Part shown: piece by piece, positions 9,998-17,784 of the stretch | Numbering within the stretch: position 1 is the stretch's first letter | How the letters are laid out: the number at the start of each line of letters is the position of its first letter | Notes under the pieces: generated by a model | Databases searched by the model: none | What the model saw: only the letters and a program-made list of their open reading frames with translations | What the model was told of the DNA's origin: nothing | Made by a program: the position numbers and the translations under genes | From: Flavobacteriales bacterium | Lineage (GTDB): Bacteria > Bacteroidota > Bacteroidia > Flavobacteriales_F > PHOS-HE28 | Direction of reading: 5' to 3' | DNA: 64,000 bases | Assembly: GCA_044346705.1 (NCBI GenBank) | Contig: JBIIYP010000003.1 | Coordinates: 37,714 to 101,713, forward strand

Positions 9998-10603
9998 CTA
10001 ACAAACAGCAGGCACGATGTGCCGCAATATTGAGTCCGGTAAGGGATATGGAATCTCCTCTTGGTCCGGTAGGTAGGGCGGGGTGGCTCCGGACTTCAAT
10101 GCGACATGTATCTCCTTTGCTCTTGGCGTCACGTCTTCCATACCCACCACCCACTCATTCACATACCGCTCAACGGCCTCTCCTGTGAGCCCGATCTGAA
10201 TCGCACGAACACCGTTGATGGGTTCTATACGCCAGTTACGCTCTGGATCCCATTGGACTCGGACAAGGCGCTTACGAACCAAATCGCTCCAGCTCTCTTG
10301 GCTTTCGTGGACATCTTGATCGAAGTGAGAAAGAACCGCGTTTGACAATGCCCATTCGAATCCTTCGCGGGTAATGTCGATACCGAGGACAACCTCCTGA
10401 CCTTCCTTGGTCCCATAACCGCATCGGTACATCATCCAATTAAATGATGGCTTGATCCAGGTCATCCGGTCCATCTTGAACGGCGGCACGAACCGGCCCG
10501 CCCTCAATGCAGCGTGGGCTATCTCTGGCTGATAAGCCTGATAGACACGGATCGTGCTCGCGGTATAGCGGGCGCGCACCTCACGCCCAATTGTGATACA
10601 CAT
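9998..10603 (-). CDS. DUF4291-family protein
   Basis: IRVYQAY, RMTWIKPSFNWMMYRCGYGTKEGQE, VRVQWDPER and RAIQIGL. Confidence 0.85.
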   Translation of the reverse strand: MCITIGREVRARYTASTIRVYQAYQPEIAHAALRAGRFVPPFKMDRMTWIKPSFNWMMYRCGYGTKEGQEVVLGIDITREGFEWALSNAVLSHFDQDVHESQESWSDLVRKRLVRVQWDPERNWRIEPINGVRAIQIGLTGEAVERYVNEWVVGMEDVTPRAKEIHVALKSGATPPYLPDQEEIPYPLPDSILRHIVPAVC

Positions 10604-11075
10604 AGAACTTCTTGGCCCAGATGAAATACTCCGCTAGCTCTTCGAAGTCCCCAGCCTCTTTACAGCTTTCGATGTACTCAAGCGCCTCCTCCGCAGCTTC
10701 CGGTCGGGCCGCACTCAGGAATGTCAAGGTCTCTTCGACCCCAGCAAACATCATTAGTTGAATATCCAAGGCGCAGAAAGCGTCAAAGTCGCATTGCTTG
10801 GCCTCCCACACTAACAAACAATCCTCCACCTTCCCGTGGCAAGCAAGTACACAGGCTGCATAACTCAGGAGCTGATAACCGAGAGTCATGTTATCTGTCC
10901 GCCGCAACAAAATGAACTTCTTGAGGATCTCAATAGCCAGATCCCTCAAAGGTCGCTCACTTAGCAGGTCATACAGCGCTACCCGAAGTTGATGGCTGTG
11001 GATCAGTTGGTCAATGGTGAGGTCTGACAGGCTACCATCACGCGCAAACTCATCCACCAGCTCTAATTCAGACAT
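10581..11075 (-). CDS. Hypothetical acidic alpha-helical protein
   Basis: 164-aa ORF overlapping the DUF4291 ORF; AT-richer codons; WEAKQCDFD motif. Confidence 0.7.
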   Translation of the reverse strand: MSELELVDEFARDGSLSDLTIDQLIHSHQLRVALYDLLSERPLRDLAIEILKKFILLRRTDNMTLGYQLLSYAACVLACHGKVEDCLLVWEAKQCDFDAFCALDIQLMMFAGVEETLTFLSAARPEAAEEALEYIESCKEAGDFEELAEYFIWAKKFYVYHNWA

Positions 11076-11087
11076 GGTCCGCGCGCA

Positions 11088-12014
11088 TCACTCCTCCACC
11101 AGCTCGATATCGAAGTCGACGAGGTCGATGAACTGCTGCACGCGGTCGTCGATGTCCTCGCGGGTGATCTCCAGCAGGCGTTGCACGCCGAACTTCTCGC
11201 AGCAGAAACTGGCCAGGGCGGAGCCCACGATGATGGCACGCTTCAGGTTGTCGAAGCTGTGGTCCTGGGTGCGGGCCAGGTAGCCGATGAAGCCACCAGC
11301 GAAGGTGTCGCCAGCGCCGGTGGGGTCGATGATGTCCTCCAGGGGCATGGCCGGAGCGAAGAACACCCGGTCCTCGCTGAAGAGCAGGGCTCCGTGCTCC
11401 CCTTTCTTCACCACCAAGTATTTCGGGCCCATCTCCAGGATCGTGTTCGCGGCCTTCACCAGGCTGTGCTGGCCGCTGAGCTGGCGGGCCTCCGCATCGT
11501 TCACACAGAGGATGTCCACCCGGGTGATCACCTTCTTCAGTTCGTCCATGGCGCTGTCCATCCAGAAGTTCATGGTGTCCATCACCACCAGCGCGGGGTC
11601 GCTCATCTGGTCCAGCACCTTGCCCTGCACCTTCGGGTCCAAGTTGCCGAGCATGACGTAGGGCGCAGCCGTGTAGGTCTCCGGAAGCGTCGGGTCCAGG
11701 TCCAGCAGCACGTTGAGGCGCGTCTCCAGGGTGTCGCGCGTGTTCATGTCGTAGTGGTAGCGCCCGGACCAGAAGAAGCTCTCCTTGCCCTTGAGCACCT
11801 CCAGCCCCGTGAGGTCCACGCCCTTGGCCCGCATCAGATCCATCATGTCCGTGGGGAAGTCATCGCCCACCACGCTCACCAGCCCGGACTTATCCAGGAA
11901 GAAGGAGGCCGCCAAGGTGATGTAGGTGGCCGCGCCTCCGACCACCTTATCGGCCTTGCCGAAGGGGGTCTCAATGTTGTCGAACGCGACGGTGCCAACG
12001 GTGACGAGCTGCAT
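11088..12014 (-). CDS. PfkB-family carbohydrate kinase
   Basis: MQLVTVGTVAFD, GGAATY, VVKKGEHG and DPTGAGDTFAGG. Confidence 0.94.
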   Translation of the reverse strand: MQLVTVGTVAFDNIETPFGKADKVVGGAATYITLAASFFLDKSGLVSVVGDDFPTDMMDLMRAKGVDLTGLEVLKGKESFFWSGRYHYDMNTRDTLETRLNVLLDLDPTLPETYTAAPYVMLGNLDPKVQGKVLDQMSDPALVVMDTMNFWMDSAMDELKKVITRVDILCVNDAEARQLSGQHSLVKAANTILEMGPKYLVVKKGEHGALLFSEDRVFFAPAMPLEDIIDPTGAGDTFAGGFIGYLARTQDHSFDNLKRAIIVGSALASFCCEKFGVQRLLEITREDIDDRVQQFIDLVDFDIELVEE

Positions 12015-12069
12015 GGGAAAGGGTTGAAAAGCGCGGCAAAGATGCACGATCGTCGGGGCGCTGAACGAC

Positions 12070-12098
12070 AAAGGCCCCAGCATTTCGCTGAGGCCTTT
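12070..12098 (-). terminator. Intrinsic terminator-like hairpin after tRNA-Asn
   Basis: AAAGGCC-CCAGC-loop-GCTGA-GGCCTTT. Confidence 0.7.
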
Positions 12099-12100
12099 CG

Positions 12101-12174
12101 CTCCCCGGGCTGGACTTGAACCAGCGACCCCCTGATTAACAGTCAGGTGCTCTAACCAGCTGAGCTACCAGGGA
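12101..12174 (-). tRNA. tRNA-Asn(GTT)
   Basis: Reverse complement TCCCTGGTAGCTCAGCTGGTTAGAGCACCTGACT-GTT-AATCAGGGGGTCGCTGGTTCAAGTCCAGCCCGGGGAG folds as a cloverleaf; CCA is not encoded. Confidence 0.97.
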
Positions 12175-12194
12175 AGGTTCCCGTTAAGGGACGG

Positions 12195-12202
12195 CAAAAG
12201 TA
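12195..12202 (-). promoter_or_regulatory. Bacteroidota -7 element (TACTTTTG) for tRNA-Asn
   Basis: Exact TAnnTTTG match 20 bp upstream of the tRNA. Confidence 0.65.
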
Positions 12203-12249
12203 GGAGGTTCGGAAGGATCCGCCAAACGTGCGCGCACCTTTGTGCCTCC

Positions 12250-12462
12250 ATGAAAGCCCCACCCCGCTGGAAGACGGCCGTGCTCATCTGGCTGGCCATC
12301 TACCCCTCGATCACGCTGCTCATGCTGCTGTTCGGGGATCAACTCGCGCGGTTGCCGATCCCAGTGCGCACCTTGGTGCTGACCGCCGTGCTGGTGCCGC
12401 TGATGGTGTTCGTGCTGTTGCCCCGGCTCCAGAAACTGTTCGCGGGTTGGTTGCGGCGGTAG
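12250..12462 (+). CDS. Small two-TM membrane protein
   Basis: 70 aa, PPRWKTAVLIWLAIYP...VPLMVFVLLP...WL; resembles the membrane tail of ABM-domain proteins. Confidence 0.7.
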   Translation: MKAPPRWKTAVLIWLAIYPSITLLMLLFGDQLARLPIPVRTLVLTAVLVPLMVFVLLPRLQKLFAGWLRR

Positions 12463-12475
12463 GTCCCGAACGCAC

Positions 12476-12505
12476 GGCGGGCCGATGGTCTCCCACCGGC
12501 CCGCC
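12476..12505. terminator. Hairpin between convergent genes
   Basis: GGCGGGCCGATGG-TCTC-CCACCGGCCCGCC. Confidence 0.5.
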
Positions 12506-12526
12506 TCCCCTACTACAGGGCAGCGC

Positions 12527-12877
12527 TCAGGCTGCGGCCTGCGCTTTCGGTGCCAGCAGCTGGAAGTCGCTCAGCACGATCTCGGTGACATAGCGCTTGC
12601 TGCCATCGCGGCCCTCGTAGCTGCGGTGCACCAGGCGCCCCTCCAAGGCCACATGGGTGCCTTTCCGCATCAGGCGCTCCACCATCTCGGCCGTGCGGCC
12701 CCAGGCCACCACCGTGTGCCACTGGGTGTTGGTCACCTTCTCCCCTTCGGTGTTCGTGTACCGGTCGTTCGTGGCCACACTGATCCGTGCCACCTTACGC
12801 CCCTTGGCGATCTCCCTCACTTCCGGGTCGAAGCCCAGGTTCCCGATCAACTGCACTTTGTTCTTCAGCGTATTCAT
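12527..12877 (-). CDS. ssb: Short single-stranded DNA-binding protein, paralogue 1
   Basis: MNTLKNKVQLIGNLGFDPE...TQWHTVVAWG...KGTHVALEGRLVHRSYE...YVTEIV; no acidic DDxPF tip. Confidence 0.93.
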   Translation of the reverse strand: MNTLKNKVQLIGNLGFDPEVREIAKGRKVARISVATNDRYTNTEGEKVTNTQWHTVVAWGRTAEMVERLMRKGTHVALEGRLVHRSYEGRDGSKRYVTEIVLSDFQLLAPKAQAAA

Positions 12878-12933
12878 GACGACTTGGTTTTTGTTTTTTT
12901 CTCGCTGTTCCTGGCGTTGTTGCCATTGACGAT

Positions 12934-13010
12934 GCAAAGGAGGAGCGGTGGTCGAGGGACATTCGGCCAGTAGTCATTTGTAATCGTTCACAGGCGTTTG
13001 CGACCGTTTG
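12934..13010 (-). promoter_or_regulatory. Conserved ssb promoter module with four 10-bp-phased repeats, copy 1
   Basis: Aligns without gaps to 16714-16790. Hexamers CATTTG, CGTTCA, CGTTTG and CGTTTG start at 12975, 12985, 12995 and 13005. Confidence 0.7.
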
Positions 13011-13149
13011 CTTTACGCCTAACGGCGGTACTAGGTCGCGCTGTATGCCGCGCGGGACAACGCTTTTCACGTAGCTTGTGGCAGCCGGTCCGGTCAGGCA
13101 GCGCGGAGCACCGTTCCACGTGTCTTGTTGCTGGAAAGGCCATTGCGAA

Positions 13150-13713
13150 GTGCGAGAACTGACGGAACGCGAGCTGGTGGAGGGTTGCCGGCGCGAGGAT
13201 CGGAGGTGCCAGGAGGCGCTCTATGCCCGATTCGCACGGCGTATGTACGCTGTGTGTCTCCGCTATGCCCGGCACCAGCTGGAAGCCCAGGACCTGATGC
13301 AGGAAGGCTTCATCCGCGTATTCGACAAGCTGGGCACCTTCCGCCTGGAGGGTAGCCTGGAGGGGTGGGTCCGCCGGATCATGGTCACCACCTGTATCAA
13401 CACCTATCGCAAGAAGGCCTTCCAGAACGAAAAATTCGGCCTGGAGCAGGTGCCCGACGAACCTGTTGCGCCGTTGGCCGTTGAGCACCTCGGGGAGGCG
13501 GAGTTGCTGAAGCTGGTGGAAGGCCTTCCCGATGGCTACCGGTTGGTGTTCAACCTGTTCGCGATCGAGGGTTTCGACCACGGGGAGATCGCAACGCTGT
13601 TGGGCTGTGGCGAGAGCACCTCGCGCAGCCAGTTATCCAAAGCCCGGCGCATGTTGCAAGCGCGCTTGGGAAAAGACGTAGTGAACGAACATGAGCGAAA
13701 GACATCCCATTGA
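13150..13713 (+). CDS. ECF RNA polymerase sigma factor
   Basis: QEALY...MYAVCLRY...AQDLMQEGFIRVF...SLEGWVRRI...LPDGYRLVFNLFAIEGFDHGEIA...STSRSQLSKAR. GTG start at 13150. Confidence 0.94.
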   Translation: MRELTERELVEGCRREDRRCQEALYARFARRMYAVCLRYARHQLEAQDLMQEGFIRVFDKLGTFRLEGSLEGWVRRIMVTTCINTYRKKAFQNEKFGLEQVPDEPVAPLAVEHLGEAELLKLVEGLPDGYRLVFNLFAIEGFDHGEIATLLGCGESTSRSQLSKARRMLQARLGKDVVNEHERKTSH

Positions 13714-15082
13714 CGAGCTCTTCAGCCGCACCCTGCACGATGCGGAAGTGACCCCGCCAACAGCGGTGTGGGAGGGCATAGTCCGCGAACGGGCGAAGCG
13801 CCGCAGCGGCTATTGGGGCTGGCTTGTGGCCACTTTGGTGGTCATGGGTGTAGCCTCTGCCGTGTGGTTCTCCGTGAGCAGGACCCCGAACGCGACCGTG
13901 AACGTTGGCGGTTCCAGCAGCGCCGCATCCTCCCCTACCCTCGTCGCCGAGGTCGGAACCGCGGCAGCCGCTGACACGACCGCGGCCATTACCGGCCGAT
14001 CCATCGCGAACAGCGAGGCCCTGCCCGCCGATGAAGCTCGGGAGATGAGCCTCCCCGCTGGGGCCGGGAACGCAGCCGCCAGCCGCCAGCCCGAACCCGG
14101 CGATCCGGTGGACGGTGCCACCAGGAACGCCGCCACCGGCGCAGGAAAACGGGACATCAGTGGCGTCGGATCCGGCAGCGCGCCAGCATTGGCCGTTGTG
14201 GCGCCCGGAGCGCTGAACCCACGGACCAAGGCGGATCCGCGGGCCTCGGCGGACCACCTGGACCGGCTTGTGCCGCTCATCCCTCTAGTGACCACCATGC
14301 CCGTCAAGCAGAACGGTCTTCGAACGAAGGAAAACCCAGCCCCTTATGTGCTGCCGAACGCCGACTGGTGGGTGGCCCTTGAGGTGGGCCGTTGCGATGA
14401 GCGACGGACCTGGTACGGAACGGATGAACAGCTGGTGAACGGCCTGAACGACACGGAAGTGCCGCACTATGCGTGGAGCATCGGGGCGCTCGCCGGACGC
14501 TCGTGGCGTAGCGGTCTCGGCGTGTCCCTCGGCACCGCGTACGAGGCTTCCGAGCAATCCTTCCGCTTCACCGGTCCTTCGACCGTGCAGGCCGGAGAGC
14601 AGTATTTCCCCTACCTGGTGACACTGGACACCCTGGTGTTCGTGAGCGACGTGGACACTGTGCCCACCTATGCCACGCAGCAGAAGCAGACCAATGCGAC
14701 CAACCGGTTCTCCGTCGTCCGTGTTTCGGCGGAGGGCTATTGGCATGCCACGCAACGGCGCTGGACCTTCGGCCCAAGGCTCGGACTGGGCACCGAATTC
14801 ATGACCATGCGCGATGGCTACACGCTGGATGGCTCGTCCGACACGGCCCTTGTCGCCGTGGATCTTTCCGAAGCCGGATACGATGCGCGTTATGCAACGA
14901 CACTGACCGCGCTGATCGGTGCGGACCTGGGATTCGCCTTGAATGAGCATTGGGGGTTGTGGGCGACCCCTTCCTATATGCGCGGCCTCAGCACCTGGGG
15001 GAATGGCGATGCTCCTCACATGCTGCCGGAACGGCTCGGTCTGCGGCTGCGCGTGAGCTACACCTTTACCAAGATCCCGTGA
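13691..15082 (+). CDS. Putative anti-sigma protein: N-terminal domain, TM helix, low-complexity linker, C-terminal outer-membrane beta-barrel-like domain
   Basis: IDELFSRTL...PPTAVWEGI N-terminus; one TM segment; amphipathic beta pattern ending LGLRLRVSYTF; overlaps the sigma gene. Confidence 0.7.
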   Translation: MSERHPIDELFSRTLHDAEVTPPTAVWEGIVRERAKRRSGYWGWLVATLVVMGVASAVWFSVSRTPNATVNVGGSSSAASSPTLVAEVGTAAAADTTAAITGRSIANSEALPADEAREMSLPAGAGNAAASRQPEPGDPVDGATRNAATGAGKRDISGVGSGSAPALAVVAPGALNPRTKADPRASADHLDRLVPLIPLVTTMPVKQNGLRTKENPAPYVLPNADWWVALEVGRCDERRTWYGTDEQLVNGLNDTEVPHYAWSIGALAGRSWRSGLGVSLGTAYEASEQSFRFTGPSTVQAGEQYFPYLVTLDTLVFVSDVDTVPTYATQQKQTNATNRFSVVRVSAEGYWHATQRRWTFGPRLGLGTEFMTMRDGYTLDGSSDTALVAVDLSEAGYDARYATTLTALIGADLGFALNEHWGLWATPSYMRGLSTWGNGDAPHMLPERLGLRLRVSYTFTKIP

Positions 15083-16257
15083 ACCAGCACCCGCTCAGCA
15101 TCCTGTTCTGTGCCTTCGGTCTGTTCGGTGGGCCGTTGGCCCATGCACAGCTGTTCGACCTGGGGCTTCGCGCCTCCGGACCTCCGTGCGACACCTCCCT
15201 GGTCGTGGACTTCACCGTGGTGGACAATGGCACCATGTCCTACACCTACACCGCGGACATCGACACCGGCGACGTGACCATCACCGGTGTGGCCTGGAGC
15301 TACTTCAACCTCGGGCCATCCAGCAACCCATTCCCCAGCTTCACCGAACAGTACTTCGTCCCTGGCCAATATCCGGTATGCCTCACGGTGGAGGCGTTGG
15401 ACCAGCAGCTGCAGGCCTGCAGCACCACGGCGTGCAAGCTCGTGACCATCTATGCCGACAGCATTTGTGCCACGCTGATCCCGGACTTCACCATCACCTC
15501 TGTGCAGGGAAACGCTGTCACGTTCGAAGAGATCAGCGCCTTCGCAGGACCCATTGACACGTATGCTTGGACCTTCGGTGATGGCTCGGCGCCGCAGACC
15601 GGACAGACCCCGACGCACACCTTCGGGGGCAATGGGCCCTACGAGGTCTGCCTGACCGTGACCGCCGCACCGCCCTACAGCGTGTGTGCTGCCACCAAGT
15701 GCAAATGGCTCTACCTGGGGCCCGGTAGCGTTCCGTGCAGCACCCTGCTGCAGGCCGGCTTTTTCCTGGCGCTGATCGACAACACGGTGGGCGTCCTCGA
15801 CACCTCCGTAACCTCAGGCATGAACTACGCGATCTCCTGGGATTTCGGTGACGGCTCCACCGGCAGCGGGCAGGTTGCCTACCACACCTACCTGGACGGC
15901 GGATACTATACCGTTTGCGAGACCGTGGCCCTTTGGGGGCCGCTGGCCGCGGACACCTGTACGACCACGGTCTGCACACCGGTCTTCGTCGCGCTTACAG
16001 GGATCACCGAAAGCGCGGAGGGCTCCTTGTTGCGGGCCTGGCCCATGCCCTTCGAAGAGGCGCTCCGCGTGGAGGGGATGCCTCCGGGCACCTCCTCCGT
16101 GGTCCTGTTCGACGCCCTCGGGCGAGCAGCGCGCTCCTTCCCCGTGATGGGAAGCGGGCCCGCTACACTGGATACCCGCGGCCTTCCGACAGGCTTGTAT
16201 GTGCTTCGCTCGTTCGGTGGCGAGCGGGACAGGTCCATCCGGATCGTGAAGCGATGA
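15079..16257 (+). CDS. Secreted Cys-rich PKD-repeat protein with T9SS type A C-terminal domain
   Basis: Signal peptide; PKD motifs WTFGDG and WDFGDG; CTD AWPMPF...LFDALGR...LPTGLYVL...IRIVKR. Confidence 0.88.
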   Translation: MNQHPLSILFCAFGLFGGPLAHAQLFDLGLRASGPPCDTSLVVDFTVVDNGTMSYTYTADIDTGDVTITGVAWSYFNLGPSSNPFPSFTEQYFVPGQYPVCLTVEALDQQLQACSTTACKLVTIYADSICATLIPDFTITSVQGNAVTFEEISAFAGPIDTYAWTFGDGSAPQTGQTPTHTFGGNGPYEVCLTVTAAPPYSVCAATKCKWLYLGPGSVPCSTLLQAGFFLALIDNTVGVLDTSVTSGMNYAISWDFGDGSTGSGQVAYHTYLDGGYYTVCETVALWGPLAADTCTTTVCTPVFVALTGITESAEGSLLRAWPMPFEEALRVEGMPPGTSSVVLFDALGRAARSFPVMGSGPATLDTRGLPTGLYVLRSFGGERDRSIRIVKR

Positions 16258-16266
16258 CCGAATACA

Positions 16267-16296
16267 CGAAGGGCGATGGATCACCATCGCCCTTCG
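16267..16296. terminator. Perfect 13-bp hairpin between convergent genes
   Basis: CGAAGGGCGATGG-ATCA-CCATCGCCCTTCG. Confidence 0.75.
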
Positions 16297-16318
16297 CTTT
16301 CCGAGGTGGACCTTCTCC

Positions 16319-16675
16319 TCAACCCGCCGGCTCCTCCACCTCAGCGTTCACCATTTTGAATGTGCTGAGCACCACTTCCGTGACGTAGCGCTTCTGCCCG
16401 TCCTTGGCCTCGTAGCTGCGGTGCACCAAGCGCCCCTCCAGGGCCACCCTGCTGCCCTTGCGCAATTGCTCGGCCACCAGCTCCGCCTGCTTGCCCCAGG
16501 CCACCACGGGGTGCCATTGCACATCCTCTTTCCACTGGCCGCTGGCATCCTTCCAACGCTCGTTCGTCGCCACGCTGATCCGGGCCATGCGTCGCCCTGC
16601 CTTCACCTCCTTCACGTCCGGGTCGTTGCCCAGGTTGCCCAACAGCTGCACATTGTTCCGCTTCATCGTTTCCAT
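16319..16675 (-). CDS. ssb: Short single-stranded DNA-binding protein, paralogue 2
   Basis: METMKRNNVQLLGNLGNDPD...QWHPVVAWG...KGSRVALEGRLVHRSYE...YVTEVV; no DDxPF tip. Confidence 0.93.
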   Translation of the reverse strand: METMKRNNVQLLGNLGNDPDVKEVKAGRRMARISVATNERWKDASGQWKEDVQWHPVVAWGKQAELVAEQLRKGSRVALEGRLVHRSYEAKDGQKRYVTEVVLSTFKMVNAEVEEPAG

Positions 16676-16713
16676 GGTCGTAGTGTGTTTGTTGTGTTTT
16701 CTCGTTGACCGTC

Positions 16714-16790
16714 GCAAAGGACCGGTGGTGCTGCCGGGGCATTCGGGCAGTTGTCATTTACAGTCGATTACAGGCGTTTGCTGTCGTTTG
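16714..16790 (-). promoter_or_regulatory. Conserved ssb promoter module with four 10-bp-phased repeats, copy 2
   Basis: Hexamers CATTTA, CGATTA, CGTTTG and CGTTTG start at 16755, 16765, 16775 and 16785, the same spacing as copy 1. Confidence 0.7.
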
Positions 16791-16881
16791 TGCAACGGAG
16801 CATCCCTCTTGTTGCTGGGTCCTCCCGAGAGGCCGGGGCTTCCAATTACCTTTAGCCGCCCAAGGGCACAACGAGAGCATA

Positions 16882-17727
16882 ATGAGCCACGAGAAGAAGC
16901 GTACGATCCTGGTCCCTACGGACTTCACCAAGGTGGCCGATTGCGCCATGAACCATGCGATGAAGCTCGCCGAGCGCACCGCTGCGGAGGTCTGTCTCCT
17001 GCACATCGTCGACAAAGAGTCCCACGCCTCCGAGGCGTTGACCAAACTTGAAATGGAGGTCGGTCGGGCCAAGCGATGGGGCGCCAACATCAAGGTCACG
17101 CCCCTTGTTCGGGTAGGCAGTGTGTACGAGGACATCGGTGCGGTCGCATCGGAGCTCGGGGCGGGGCTGATCATCATGGGTACGCACGGCATGCGGGGCA
17201 TGCAGTTCATCACCGGAAGCAGGGCGCTGCGGGTGATCACGAACAGTTCGGTCCCGTTCATCGTGGTGCAGGAGCGGAACATCAAGGAAGAGGGCTACCG
17301 CGACATTGTGGTGCCCATGGACCTGCACAAGGAAACGCGGCACAAGCTGACGCTGGTGGCCGACATGGCCCAATACTTCAACAGCCGTGTGCATTTGGTG
17401 GTGCCCAAGGAGACCGATGAGTTCCTCCACAACCAATTGATGAACCACCTGAAGTTCGCCAACAACTACCTGAGGGAACGGGGTGTGGAACATGAATCGA
17501 CGATCCTTGATACGGGCAGCGACGATTTCGTGAAGGGCTTGATACGCTACGCGGTGAAGGTGGATGCCGACCTGATCGCGATCGTGAACATGCTTCAGAA
17601 CAGCATCTTCGGCGCGCTGGGCATCCACAACGAGCAGGAGGTCATCACCAACGAGCCCATGGTGCCGGTCATGTGCATGAACCCGTTGAACAACACCGTG
17701 AGCGATATGCCGGCCTGGTCCGTTTGA
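16882..17727 (+). CDS. Universal stress protein (tandem Usp)
   Basis: ILVPTDF, LLHIV, LIIMGTHG...GSRALRVI. Confidence 0.92.
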   Translation: MSHEKKRTILVPTDFTKVADCAMNHAMKLAERTAAEVCLLHIVDKESHASEALTKLEMEVGRAKRWGANIKVTPLVRVGSVYEDIGAVASELGAGLIIMGTHGMRGMQFITGSRALRVITNSSVPFIVVQERNIKEEGYRDIVVPMDLHKETRHKLTLVADMAQYFNSRVHLVVPKETDEFLHNQLMNHLKFANNYLRERGVEHESTILDTGSDDFVKGLIRYAVKVDADLIAIVNMLQNSIFGALGIHNEQEVITNEPMVPVMCMNPLNNTVSDMPAWSV

Positions 17728-17746
17728 CCGGAACTATCAGCGGTTT

Positions 17747-17772
17747 AAAGCCCGTCGCTGACGGGCTTTTTT
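17747..17772. terminator. Intrinsic terminator
   Basis: AAAGCCCGTC-GCT-GACGGGCTTT followed by a T run. Confidence 0.8.
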
Positions 17773-17784
17773 CATGGGGACACG

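Noticed and set aside
9968-12174. tRNA-Asn as the integration site for the DUF4291 islet
   Set aside because: I found no duplicated tRNA 3' end, and the core pfkB gene lies between them.
13112-13127. CGTTCCACGTG, a parS-like half site upstream of the ECF gene
   Set aside because: The right arm (TCTTG) breaks the palindrome; it is more likely chance or part of the promoter.
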